Made by a program: the position numbers and the translations under genes
From: a candidate division FCPU426 bacterium
GTDB lineage: Bacteria; Oederibacteriota; Muellerivitia; Muellerivitales; Muellerivitaceae
Direction: 5' to 3'
Assembly (NCBI GenBank): GCA_963771075.1
Contig: CAVYSE010000011.1
Location: 1 to 64,000, forward strand
DNA length: 64,000 nt
Shown here: positions 63,940 through 64,000 of the stretch, one piece after another
Position numbering within the stretch: the stretch's first letter is position 1
Layout: every line of letters starts with the position of its first letter
The notes under the pieces: model-generated
What the model saw: the letters and a program-made list of their open reading frames with translations, nothing else
Database searches by the model: none
Told to the model about the DNA's origin: nothing

Positions 63940-64000
63940 ATGGTTAACATCACCGTCAACGGAAAGCCCATGGAAGTGCCCGAAGGCACCAATGTGCTGG
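63940..64000 (+). CDS. nuoG: NADH-quinone oxidoreductase subunit G, 5' end (runs off the window)
   Basis: MVNITVNGKPMEVPEGTNVL, position after nuoF. Confidence 0.8.
   Translation, partial: MVNITVNGKPMEVPEGTNVL

Overview
A 64 kb stretch of a GC-rich diderm bacterial genome (standard code). Thr/Pro-linker secreted proteins with a 'PNP...NGLYY' C-terminal domain suggest an uncultured candidate lineage such as FCPU426, but that is inference. The left ~2.4 kb looks like the end of a lower-GC genomic island: a tight GHKL kinase/ATPase, STAS-like and PIN nuclease triad bounded by a 5'-half tRNA-Ser(CGA) and short direct repeats resembling integrase arm sites. The rest is mostly core genome: tandem pdxH, mprF, trmL, YyaL, tandem mscL, a PAS kinase, two large carbohydrate-active proteins, divergent lexA/radC with a candidate new SOS box, an apparently catalytically dead REP-transposase homologue, fabI, xth, an atypical pilin/PilX cluster, a class III cyclase, an ABC transporter, gnd and nuoA-G. 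Several families of short intergenic repeats occur, some nested. The many frameshifts in the right half (including nuoA and nuoF) are most likely assembly indels. All product calls come from motif recognition by eye; no database search was run.
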